Origin: Malacoraja senta
Taxonomy: Eukaryota
Reading direction: 5' to 3'
Length of the DNA stretch: 64,000 bases
NCBI GenBank assembly: GCA_038087875.1
Contig: JAXLNO010004395.1
Location: 1-64,000, forward strand
The translations under genes were made by a program, and so were the position numbers. The notes below the pieces were generated by a model. That model saw only the letters and a list, made by a program, of their open reading frames with translations. It ran no database searches and was not told the origin of the DNA. Shown here piece by piece: positions 53,331 through 64,000 of this stretch; positions within the stretch are counted from its first letter, which is position 1, and every line of letters starts with the position of its first letter.

Positions 53331-56300
53331 CCGGATGCAATAGAACAGTTTAGAGAAGGTGTACATGAACCTTTTTCCAGCATCTGCAGTTCCTTCTTTA
53401 ACACCTCTTGTCTCACCTAGAAGGGCTGCTATGGTCCCTCGAGGCAGACCACAGAGGAGGTACAGGAACAGATGTTACATCCGCAGTTGCAGGGGAGATT
53501 ACCTGGGATGCGATGGTTTGGTGTGGGAAGTGATGAGAATTTTAGGTAACCTAACCCCCCCATTTTTTCCCCTCCCCTGTGCCCCATCTGGACTGGCATC
53601 TATTTCTGCCCTCCCCCGTCACCTTCACATTCCTCTATTCTCACAATTCACCATTCTTTAATTCCTTTTGTCTTTTCATCTCTGGCCTTTGTCCAATCAT
53701 TTGCCTGTCGGAAAATCCTCTCTGCAACATTTTAGTTTAGTTTATTGTTACGTGTACAGAGGTACAGTGAAAAGCTTTTGTTGCCTGCTAACCAGTCAGC
53801 GTAAAGACAATACATGATTACAAACTAACCATTTACAATGTAGAGATACATGATGAGGAAATAACATTTAGTGCACGGTAAAGCCAGTAAAGTCCGATCA
53901 AAGAAAGTCCGAGGGTCACCAATGAGGCAGATAGTAGTTCAGGACTGCTCTCTCATTTTGGTATCTATCACCTATCATCTGCCATACTTTGTTCTGCCCC
54001 TCCTCTCTTCCAGCTTTATTTACCCCCACAATCAGTTTGATGAATGGTCCTGACCCAAAACCTTAGCATCCCACGCTCTCCAGTAATGCTGCCCGTCCCA
54101 CTGAGTTATTCCAACACTGTGTCTTTTTTTGTTAACCAGCATCTTCAGTTCCTCCTTTCTTCTTTCTCCTCCTTCCCAGTCCTGAAGGGTCTCTGGCCTG
54201 AAACATTAGCTCTGCTTTCCTGCCTACAGATGAGGCCTGACCTACTGCATATTGCCAGTGTGTTCGGTATTTTACTAAAGTCAATTTTAATAATACTATT
54301 CCTGCATGCATTAATGAATTACTATCCTTTTCAACTATGTTCAAGGTATGAACATTTCAGCATGCAATTCTACCGTAAAAATATCATAAAAATACCAAAC
54401 AACAGTGTTATTCAAACATGTAGTTAATATCGAGACATGTTGGAATCTTGAGCAATGAAATACTGGAGGAACTCAGTGAGTCAGGCAGCATCTGTGGCTG
54501 GAATGGACAGGTAATGTTTTGAGTCAGGACCCGTCTTCAGTAGTTTAAATAGTTTTGAATCTAGCTACTTGCAATAAATCAGTAATTTTAGTGGGTTTTA
54601 AGGTTAGTTTAGAGTTATAGCGGAAACAGGCCTTTCGGCCCACTGAGTCCATGCTGACCATTGATCTCCCATTCACTCTAGTTATTCCACTTTCTCGTCC
54701 ACTCGTTCCATACAACCTCGGTCTATCCTTGACCGGACTTTGCTGGCTTCACCTTGCACTAAACATTATTCCTTTATCATGTGTCTCTACATTGTAAATG
54801 CATTGATTGTAATCATGTATTGTCTTTCTACTGACTGGTTAGTAAGCAACAAAAAGCTTTTCACTGTACCTCGGTACATGTGACAATAAATTAAACTGAA
54901 CCTAGGCAGTACAAAAATGTCGTCATGTGTTGGCGCAGACAAAGTTACAAAGTACCGAACAGTCCTATCCACTGCCTGTTGCCGCACATGGCAGCAGACC
55001 CCATCCCCACCAGTTCCCCCTTCATTCTTGGTGGCGCCCCCATCCCCACAGTTCCCCCTTTGTTCTCGTCCCCCTCAATGGGACAGCCTCCCTGTGCTGA
55101 ATGCCCTACTTCTACAATGTTCTAAGTATAAGATTAGATTAAGCAATGCTCACTGTTGGACTTTGTACCTGCAAACCTTTATTACTTTGTTGGTCTCTTT
55201 GAATACAAACATTCTTGGGTGTTCTTGTCTGAACAAACTAAAATGTGTTGGTTTCTCTGTAACCTTTAAATTCAGGTATCATGCTCACCAATCTTTTTTA
55301 GCAGATGCAGCATGGAAACAGGCCTTTCTGCCCACTGAGTCTGCACTGACCATCAATCACCCATACACTAGTTCTATGTTTTCCCTGTTTCACATCCTAC
55401 ACACTCTGGGCAATTTACAGCGGCCAATAAACCTACAAACACACACGTCTTTGGAACGTGGGAGGAAACAATAGACAATAGAGAATAGACAATAGGTGCA
55501 GGAGGAGGCCATTTGGCCCTTCGAGCCAGCACCGCCATTCAATGTGATCATGGCTGATCATCCCCAATCAGTACCCCGTTCCTGCCTTCTTGTCATATCC
55601 CCTGACTCCGCTATCTTTAAGAGGCCCATCTAGCTCTCTCTTGAAAGTATCCAGAGAACCGGCCTCCACTGCCCTCTGAGCACCCAGAGGAAAGCCGAGC
55701 GGTCACAGGGAGAACGTATCAACTCCATACAAACAGAACTCATTGTTGGGATCCTTCTTGTGTCTGTGTAGGAAGGCACTGCAGATGCTGGCTTACACCA
55801 AAGATAGAGACAAAATACTGGAGTAACGCAGTGGAACAGGCAGCATCTATGGATAAAAGGAATGTATCTTCTGGTACCCCACTCGTTATATATTAATTTA
55901 TTGTAATTGGAGCAGTCTGCAAAACTCTCCATAGACGAGACAAGTGTTTATGTGGATTGGCTACCATTAAACTCTAGTCCCCTGCAATGAAATGCAGATT
56001 CAGCATTTTACAGATCAACACTTTAAGGGCCCCGTTTACAATGATATGTGCATCCCATCATTTAGAATGCCCCTTCACCTACTCTTTTGAAGCCTTCTCC
56101 ACACATATAGTCACAGAGACACACAAACAGAACCTTCAGCCAACAGTCCATTCTGACCATGAAGCACTCATTCCATACCATTCCATCCCACCATGGATCT
56201 ACAGGAGGTGCTGCCTCAGAAAGACAGCTAATATCATCAGAGACCCACACCACCCTGGCCATACTCTCAGGGCCAGCCACCCTGGACCAGGAATTCGCCC

Positions 56301-59300
56301 GGAAGATCTGGCCCATCCATCATGGACCGAGTTCTTGCTCGCTGTGGACCGTGGATGGAGGACCCACCTGGAAGGCCCAGCTCGCCCGCCCAGAGTGGAA
56401 GGAGTCAGATGGATGGCTTATAGGCAGACAGGCTGCGGGAGGGAATGGACTGCCTCAACAGTGGAGTGGGTGCTGGAGGCCCTACAGCAGCCTGGGGCTT
56501 GGCTGTTCCAGGCGCTGCTCCAAGAGGCCGGGCACATGGACCAGTTGCTCCCTGCAGCAGTAGAGGACACCACAGCTTCGCTTGGACAGGTCAACCCTGC
56601 AACAACACCAGGACAATGGGCCTCATGGTCAGGCCAAGAACCCTCACTTACAACAACTGGGATGTGAAAATGGCACCAAAAACTGGCGACACTGTATACT
56701 GTCTCAGCGTACTACTGCTATACACTTGTACTGTATCTGAGATGCTTATCTAAGACGTATCTAAGGGCTTATATATAGTGATACCTGTACTAAACTGTAT
56801 ACAAAAATGAATTTCACTGTACCTCAGTACATGCCACAAATAAAATACCGTTGAACCAATCTACTGCCTCTGAGGTTAGAGAGCCTGAGAACTGTTAGCT
56901 CCAGATTTAAGAGCAGCTTTTTTTCTCATGAGCAGCAGGCATTTAAACACTGCACAACACTAACCACAACCTTACCTCAACAACTCTGATCTGTGATGGA
57001 CTTTATTTTGGTTGCAGTAAGGACGTTTTGTTTTTCCACTGTTATGGTCTGGTTACCTAGTATAACTAATATTAATTTATTTTACCATTGATTGTTGTAT
57101 ATTTAATATGTGTATAAGAATTTCATTGTTCCATTGCCAGTACAGATGACAATTAAACTCTTGCTCTTGACCAACCCATTCTTATTCTCTGCAAATTCCC
57201 ATCATCTCTCTCCAGATTCTATCACTTACCTACAAATGACAGTCAATTTACATTGAAGAAACAAGGAACTACAAATGTTGGTTCACAAAGAGACGCAAAG
57301 TGCTGGAGCACCTTAGTGGGTCCGGCAGCATCCCTGGAGATCACGGATATGTGATGATGGATAGATGTTTCGGGTCAAGACCCCTTCTTCACTTTGGGGA
57401 AGGGTGTTTACCCTAAATGTCATCTAGCCACGTTCTCCGGAGATGCTGCCTGACCAGCTGAGTTACTCCAGCACTTAGCCATATACACAAAATGCTGGAA
57501 TAACTCAGTGGGACAGGCAGCATCTCTAGAGAGAAGGAATGGGTGATGTTTCAGATTGAGGCCCTTCTTCAGACTTTGTCATCATTGTGCTAACTTGCTC
57601 CATCCCATTCACCCATCATCTTTCTGATTGAATAATATTCAGATTTTAAACTCTGATCATTGTATTTAAATATGTAAGACCAACAGCTCTTTCATTCAAA
57701 GCAAATCTTTCAATCATTTGTTCTTATATCTCTCTATATCACCCCCTGTATCTCTCGTTTCCCTTTCCCCTGACTATCAGTCTGAAGAATGGTCTCGACC
57801 TGAAACGCTACCTATTCCTTTTCTCCAGAGTCGCTGTCGGACCCGCTGAGTTACTCCAGCTTTTTGTGTCTATCTTCGGTTTAAACCAGCATCTGCAGTT
57901 CCTTCCGACGCAGCTCCTCCCTCGGCATGCATACAGTCCATACAATTTCACAGTTGAGGTTAGCGTTGTGTAGCGTTCAAGTGCACGATAGTTGTTGGGA
58001 AGAAGCTATTTTTGAACCTGGAGGTCATGGTTTTCAAACACCTATACTTTCTTCCCCATGGTGGGAGGTAATGAAAGCGTGGCCAGGGGGATGATGTTGC
58101 CTTCCTTTTTGAGGCAGCGTCTCGTGTGGATCCCTTCGATGGTGGTGAGGTCAGAACCCACGATGAACCGGGCAGTATAACTTCCTGATTATTCACAAAT
58201 TTAAGTATTTCATCTAAAGAGCAGGCCTAAGTCATAGAATTGCTCTCTAAATATCCCTTCCTTTAAGATGCACCTTAAATGTTTATTTTGCTAATTGTCA
58301 TGTCATGCCATTATACTGCTCGAAGTAAAATGTTACAGAATAATATTCTTACGAATCTCATTGAAGCATTTTCCTACATTGGAACTGCTATAAATGTTAT
58401 TCTTTATATCTATGCCTGTTTCCCCTTTCACCAAATTAGATTATTACCATCAAAGGAGAATGTCATTGTTTTGTTTGGCTCTGGAGATGCGTCCTGGAAT
58501 GTGATCATTAAAATCTTCCCGTATATTGAACCCTGAACTACACTAAACTCAGCTATGATTAATGAACAAAATAAAGTGTTGGAGTAACTCAGCAGATCAG
58601 GCAGCATGGATAGGTAAAGTGTCGAGTCGGACCCTGTAGACCTATGGAGGACTGTCTTTGGTTAAACTAAGCATTTGCGGTGTATTTGCACATGTATTGG
58701 GATTATCAATTAACTGAATTTTTAGTGTTATCTATTTGTATTGTCTTACAGGTCTGCTACATGAATGTCATTGTTTTGTAGTCAGCACATATGACAATTG
58801 AACATTCTATACTCTCTTTCCTTCTGGACTCTCTTGTGGAGTGGGATCAAACCTAACATCAGCAAAATGGTGCCATTCATCCTTTGTTCCCAATCTCTGA
58901 TATTCTATAAGATCATAACCGATCCTCTAGCAGACCACCATTTTTCCGAATTCTGGATTCCTTTTGTATCCAAGCATCTTCCTATCCCTGCCTCAAGCAT
59001 TTGATTGACTGAATGCCCACAGCCTTCTTGGACAGAGAATTTGAAAGACTAATTACCCTCTGGGTGAAAACATTTCATCTCATTACTGCACTGAATTCAA
59101 TGATATTTTATTGTCACATGCACCTAGGTACAGTGAAATGCTTCGTTTCGCATACAACGGTAAAATCATATAGCAGACCTAACCTAGGCAATACACAAGT
59201 GTCACCATTGTTTTGGTGCCATAAGAATGTCTGAACCCTTATTTTTAAACTGTGAATGTTGGTTCCAGACACACCAGTCTGGGGAGAAATAAAAAGATCA

Positions 59301-59369
59301 TCCCTCATGTTCTGAACTTTGACTCACTTCATAAGTCAAAGGTGCAGAATTTGGTTGTTCAGCCCATCG

Positions 59370-60660
59370 AGCTTACTCCACAATTTAATCATGGCTGACC
59401 TATCGTTCCCTTTCAATGCCGTTCTCCTGTCATCTCCCTGTGACCTTTGACACTCTTACAAATCGGGCGGCATTTTCTGTTTTTGTATTCCAGTCCTCTT
59501 GATATAAATCACCTTCCTGACTACCGATTCAATTTGCAAATTAACCTTTTGGGAGTCCTGCACCAACACTCCCATGTCACTGTGTGCCTCCGATTTCTGG
59601 ATTCTCTCTCCATTTGTAAAATAATCTACGCCTTTATTCTTATTACCAAAATGCACGTCTCCACACTTTGCTATACTGGATTTCATCTGCCACGTCTCTG
59701 CCCACTCTCCTAACCTGTACACGTTCACATTACAGGAGTAGAATTAGGCCATTCGGCCCATCGAGTCTACACCACCATTCCATTATGGCTGATCTGTGCC
59801 TCCTAATCCCATTTTCCTGCCTTCTCCCCATGATAACCCGTTCTAATCAAGAATTTGTCGATCTCTGCCTTAAAAATATCCACCAACTTGGCCTCCACAG
59901 CCCTCTGTGGCAATGAGTTCCACAGATTAACTACCCTCTGACTAAAGAAATTCCTCCTCACCTCTTTTCTAAAAGAGCACCCTTTAATTCTGAGGCTATG
60001 ACCTCTGGTCCTAGACTCACCCACCAGTGGAAACATCCTTTCCACATCCACTCTATCTTTGCCTTTCATTATTCTGTAAGTTTCAATGAGGTTCCCCCTT
60101 CAACCTTCTCAACTCCAACGAGTAGAGGCCCAGTGCTGTCAAACTATCATCATATGCTAACCCACTCATTCATGGAATTATTCTTGTAAACAACCTCTGA
60201 ACCAGAGCCAGCACATCCTTCCTCAGATAGGGGGCCCAAATTTGCACACTGCAAACGTGGCCTGACCAGCGCTTTTGAAGCCTCAGAATGACATTTCTGT
60301 TTTTGTATTCCAGTCCTCTTGATATAAATCACCTTCCTGACTACCGATTCAATTTGCAAATTAACCTTTTTGGGAGTCCTGCACCAACACTCCCATGTCA
60401 CTGTGTGCCTCCGATTTCTGGATTCTCCCTCCATTTGTAAAATAATCTACGCCTTTATTCTTATTACCAAATGCATGTCTCCCACACTTTGCTATACTGA
60501 ATTTCATCTGCCACTTCTCTGCCCACTCTCCTAACCCGAACAAGTCCTTCTGCAAAGTCCTTGCTTCCTCTGCACTGCCTGCCCCTCCACCTATTTTAGC
60601 ATCATCTGCAAACTTGGCCACAAAACATTCAATCCTCTTATCCAAATCATTAATAAACCA
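59370..60660 (-). mobile_element. Patchwork of CR1 RT/3' fragments, including a local ~240-bp duplication
   Basis: FADDAKIGG and FFSQRVVNLWNSLP remnants; 59472-59715 is nearly identical to 60293-60516. Confidence 0.8.
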
Positions 60661-60819
60661 TGTAAACATGACGACCGCACGTTTGGAGCTAAGAGTTGTC
60701 ACTCAATAACAAAACCACAGTGTGTGCTAATCGTTTATTGATTTTGCATTGTACTAGTGCCTCACTCTCTTCCCACATTTGACCATAAACATGAACCTGT
60801 CAAACAATGCACTTTGTGT

Positions 60820-61745
60820 AAGAAAGAACTGCAGATGCTGGTTTAACTCAAAGGTAGACACAAAATGCTGGAGTAACTCAGCAGGCAGGCAGCATCTCTG
60901 GAGAGAAGGAATGCGTGACCTATCGGGTCGAGACCCTTCTTCAGACTGATTTCAGGGGAGTTGACGGGACAAAGATAGAATGTAGTTGAAGACACTAAGA
61001 CTAGTGGGAGAACTGGGAAGGGGAGGGGATAGAGAGGGAACGCAAGGGATATTTAAAGTTAGAGAAGTCAATGTTCATACCGCTGGGGTGTAAACTACCC
61101 AAGCAAAATATGAGGTGCTGTTCCTCCAATTTGCACTGGGCCTCACTCTGACCATGGAGGAGGCCCAGGACAGAAAGGTCAGATTGGAAATGGGAGGGGA
61201 AGTTGAAGTGCTGAGCAACCAGGAGATCAGGTAGGTTAAGATGGACAGAGCGGAGTAGTTCAGTGAAATGATTGCCGAGCCTGTGCTTGGCCTCACTGAT
61301 GTAGAGAAGTTGACACCTGCAACTGCGGATACAGTAGATGAGGTTGGAGGAGGTGCAAGTGAACCTCTGCCTCACCTGGAAAGACTGTTTGGGTCCTTGG
61401 ATGGAGTCGAGAGGGGAGGGAAAGGGACATGTGTTGCATCTCCTGCGGTTGCAGGGGAAAGTACCTGGGGAGGGGGTGGTTTGGGTGGAAAAGGACGAGT
61501 TGACCAGGGAATTTCGGAGGGAACGGTCTCCACGGAAAGCAGAAAGAGGTGGAGATGGGAAGATGTGGCCAGTATTGGGATCCTTTTGGAGGTGGCAAAA
61601 ATGAGGGAGGATCATATGCTGTGCGATGGCTGATGGGGTGGAAGGTGAGGACAAGGGGGACTCTGTCCTTGGTACGAATGTGGGGGAAGGGAGAGCAAGA
61701 GCGGAGCAGCGAGGAAACCCTAGTGAGTGCCTCGCTCCTGTTTGT
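60820..61745 (-). mobile_element. Penelope-like element (RT-to-GIY-YIG linker, GIY-YIG domain, 3' terminal repeat)
   Basis: HLQKDPNTGHIFPSPPLSAFR, CNRRRCNTC, SNLIYCI, YISEAKHRLG...MNIDFSNF. The 3' end carries CTGAAGAAGGGTCTCGACCCGATAGGTC and the short terminal repeat. Confidence 0.9.
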
Positions 61746-61815
61746 TTTACACGAGTTAAAATCAGTTTAAACCAATATCTGCAGTTCCTTCTTCCACAAA
61801 GGAAACGGGGCATTG

Positions 61816-61981
61816 TGCAAATCAAGGCAGAAATTCCAGTCTGGATTGTACTGAAACAGTGGAGATTAAACCCTTTTAACGTCCGCATGAACCATGAACC
61901 AGACTATCATGCGGACCTTAAAAGGGTTTAATCTCCACTGTTTCAGTACAATCCAGACTGGAATTTCTGCTTTGATTTGCA
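61816..61981. repeat. Near-perfect 166-bp palindrome (75-bp arms, 16-nt loop)
   Basis: TGCAAATCAAGGCAG...GTCCGCATGA / TCATGCGGAC...CTGCTTTGATTTGCA; only two mismatches, one of them a G:T. Confidence 0.95.
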
Positions 61982-61988
61982 GAATTTG

Positions 61989-62026
61989 ATACACATTCAG
62001 CGAGGGTTTCCTCGCTGAATGTGTAT
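61989..62026. repeat. Perfect 17-bp-stem hairpin
   Basis: ATACACATTCAGCGAGG-GTTT-CCTCGCTGAATGTGTAT. Confidence 0.9.
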
Positions 62027-62123
62027 TGCGCGCTTTTTTAAACTCAGTCGCCTCCGGTCAAGATTGAGATAAAGCCAAGACGCTTTTAGCCAGTAGCGAA
62101 TAAAATGAGAGTCATTAACTTAC

Positions 62124-62175
62124 CTGCTTGAGCCCCTTGTACGCGGAAGAAACTCAACAAGATGAACAGAATCAT
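62124..62175 (-). CDS. MHC class I exon 1 (signal peptide MILFILLSFFRVQGAQA-G)
   Basis: ATG at 62175-62173, a hydrophobic core and an A-x-A cleavage motif. It ends GCA G|gtaagt (perfect donor, phase 1), which completes Gly1 with the GG opening the alpha1 exon. An in-frame upstream ATG at 62196 would add MRDVVRE. An XY promoter module lies directly upstream. Confidence 0.85.
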
Positions 62176-62249
62176 TTCACGCACAACGTCTCGCATCAAC
62201 AGCAGCAACTGAGCCAAACTTCACCAACATCAAAGCAGGATCTCATCAT

Positions 62250-62292
62250 GCAATCAGAATAAAAATACCACGGGTCGTCACCAGTTGTCGAG
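62250..62292 (-). promoter_or_regulatory. MHC SXY-type promoter module (X1/RFX-like, X2/CRE-like, Y/inverted CCAAT-like)
   Basis: The minus strand reads CTCGACAACTGG-TGACGAC-16 bp-CTGATTGC, about 75-115 bp upstream of the leader ATG. Order and spacing are typical of MHC X1-X2-Y boxes. The Y box deviates from CTGATTGG at its last base. Confidence 0.65.
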
Positions 62293-62584
62293 CGATGTCA
62301 TTGAACCAGCAGGAAACAATTGACTGTAATGGAGACATGAGGAGGTGCTGATGCCGATTTACAACAACAATAGACCCAAAGTGCTGGTGTAACTCAGCAG
62401 GTCAGGTCGCAACTCCGGAGGGCATAGATAGGTGACGATGGACACAAAGCGCTGGAGTAACTCAACAGGTCGAGCAGCATCTTTGGAGAAAAGGGATAGG
62501 TGACTATTGTCAGTCTGAAGTAGGGTCCCAATCTGAAACAGCGCCTGTCAATGTCCTCCAGAGATGTTGCCTGACCTGCTGAGT

Positions 62585-64000
62585 TCAAGTCAAGTGAGTT
62601 TATTGTCATGTGTCCCTGGTAGGACAATGAAATTCTTGCTTTGCTTGAGCACAACAGAACATAGTAGGCATTTACTACAAGGCATTCTATAAATATATAC
62701 ACAATGGTCAATATACTGATAAAGTGCAAATAACATATTGGCTAGTAAAGTTCAGTGTTATGTCCGAGCCAGGTTTAATAGCCTGATGGCTGTGGGGAAG
62801 TAGCTGTTCCTGAACCTGGTCGTTGCAGTCTTCAGGCTCCTGTACCTTCTACCTGAAGGTAGTAGGGAGATGAGTGTGTGGCCAGGATGGTGTGGGTCCT
62901 TGATGATGGTGCCAGCCTTTTTGAGGCAGCGACTGTGGTAGATCCCCTCGATGGAAGGGAGGTCAGAGCCGATGATGGACTGGGCAGTGTTTACTACTTT
63001 TTGTAGTCTTTTCCTCTCCAGGGCACTCAAGTTGCCGAACCAAGCCACGATGCAACCGGTCAGCATGCTCTCTACTGTGCACCTGTAGAAGTTAGAGAGA
63101 GTCCTCCTTGACAAACCGACTCTCCGTAATCTTCTCAGGAAGTAGAGGCGCTGATGTGCTTTCTTAATAATGGCATCATTGTTCTCGGACCAGGAAAGAT
63201 CTTCAGAGATGTGCACGCCCAGGAATTTGAAGCTCTTGACCCTTTCAACCATCGACCCGTTGATATAAACGGGACTGTGGGTCCCCATCCTACTCCTTCC
63301 AAAGTCCACAATCAGTTCCTTGGTTTTGCTGGTGTTGAGGGCCAGGTTATTGTGCTGGCACCATATGGACAGTTGCTCGATCTCTCTTCTATACTCTGAC
63401 TCATCCCCATCAGTGATACGTCCCACAACAGTGGTGTCATCAGCGAACTTGATGATGGAGTTCGCACTATGTCCGGCTACGCAGTCATGAGTATAGAGTG
63501 AGTACAGCAGGGGACTGAGCACGCAGCCTTGAGGTGCTCCCGTGCTAATTGTTATCGAGTCTGACAGATTTCCACCAATACGAACAGACTGTGGTCTGAG
63601 AGTGAGGAAGTCAAGGATCCAATTGCAGAGGGATGCGCAGAGACCCAGTTCTGCGAGTTTGGTAACCAGCTTGGAGGGGATGATTGTGTTAAATGCCGAG
63701 CTGTAATCGATGAATAACAGCCTGACATATGAGTTTTTGTTGTCCAAGTGGTCCAGAGCGGAGTGGAGGGCCAGCGAGATCACATCCACCGTTGATCTGT
63801 TGTGGCGGTAAGCGAGCTGCAGTGGGTCCAGGTTTTTGTCGAGGTAGGAGTTGATCTGCGTCATGATCAACCTCTCAAAGCACTTCATCACCACAGGCGT
63901 TAGTGCCACAGGTCGATAGTCATTGAGGCACGTTACCTTACTCTTCTTGGGCACTGGTATAATTGATGCCCTTTTGAAGCAGGTGGGGACCTCAGACCTC
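62585..64000 (-). mobile_element. Rex/Babar LINE with an uninterrupted RT C-terminal ORF (62758-63954, continues off the window edge)
   Basis: [46 protein letters not shown]; (CTTGA)n tail at about 62585. Confidence 0.93.

Larger units (their letters stand above)
24646..62175 (-). pseudogene. MHC class I heavy-chain gene, non-classical-like, with an alpha1 frameshift (pseudogene or assembly indel)
   Basis: Five exons join through canonical AG/GT sites, all phase 1: MILFILLSFFRVQGAQA|GPHTLIYYYT...WMRRQNETA|NYHYVQGQFGC...LTRK|VSPEV...KTIIW|EGNSKK...WWRKKRR. Class I hallmarks are present: H3, Y7, D29, PRxxW, YW59-60, N86 glycan site, C101-C164, AxDG, and the C1-set motifs FYP, W and YSCHVDH. 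The alpha1 exon is 262 nt, not a multiple of 3. Confidence 0.93.

Noticed and set aside
61001-61888. 295-aa ORF as a host gene
   Set aside because: A chance fusion of palindrome sequence with a decayed Penelope GIY-YIG frame.

Overview
Eukaryotic, repeat-dense window, most likely from a cartilaginous fish such as a skate or ray. This is inferred from HE1/V-SINE-like SINEs, CR1/HER1-like LINEs and a shark-type MHC class I gene. About 38 kb is spanned by one minus-strand MHC class I heavy-chain gene, which I assembled by hand from GT-AG, phase-1 exons: leader (62124-62175), alpha1 (37973-38234), alpha2 (34882-35157), alpha3 (28543-28809) and TM (24646-24753). An X1-X2-Y promoter module lies just upstream. 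The gene looks non-classical (T143F, Y159L, F/Y123A, W167L in HLA numbering), and its alpha1 exon has a 1-nt frameshift, so it is either a young pseudogene or an assembly error. The rest of the window is transposable elements: near-intact CR1, Rex/Babar-type LINEs, L1, an ERV env plus 3' LTR, a near-intact Tc1, hAT-like and TAG..CTA non-autonomous DNA elements, and SINEs. Penelope-like GIY-YIG elements carry minimal hammerhead-ribozyme motifs at their 3' ends, and these ends have spread as many short, often fold-back, non-autonomous copies. There is one assembly gap (20860-20994). No rRNA genes, tRNA genes or CRISPR arrays were found.
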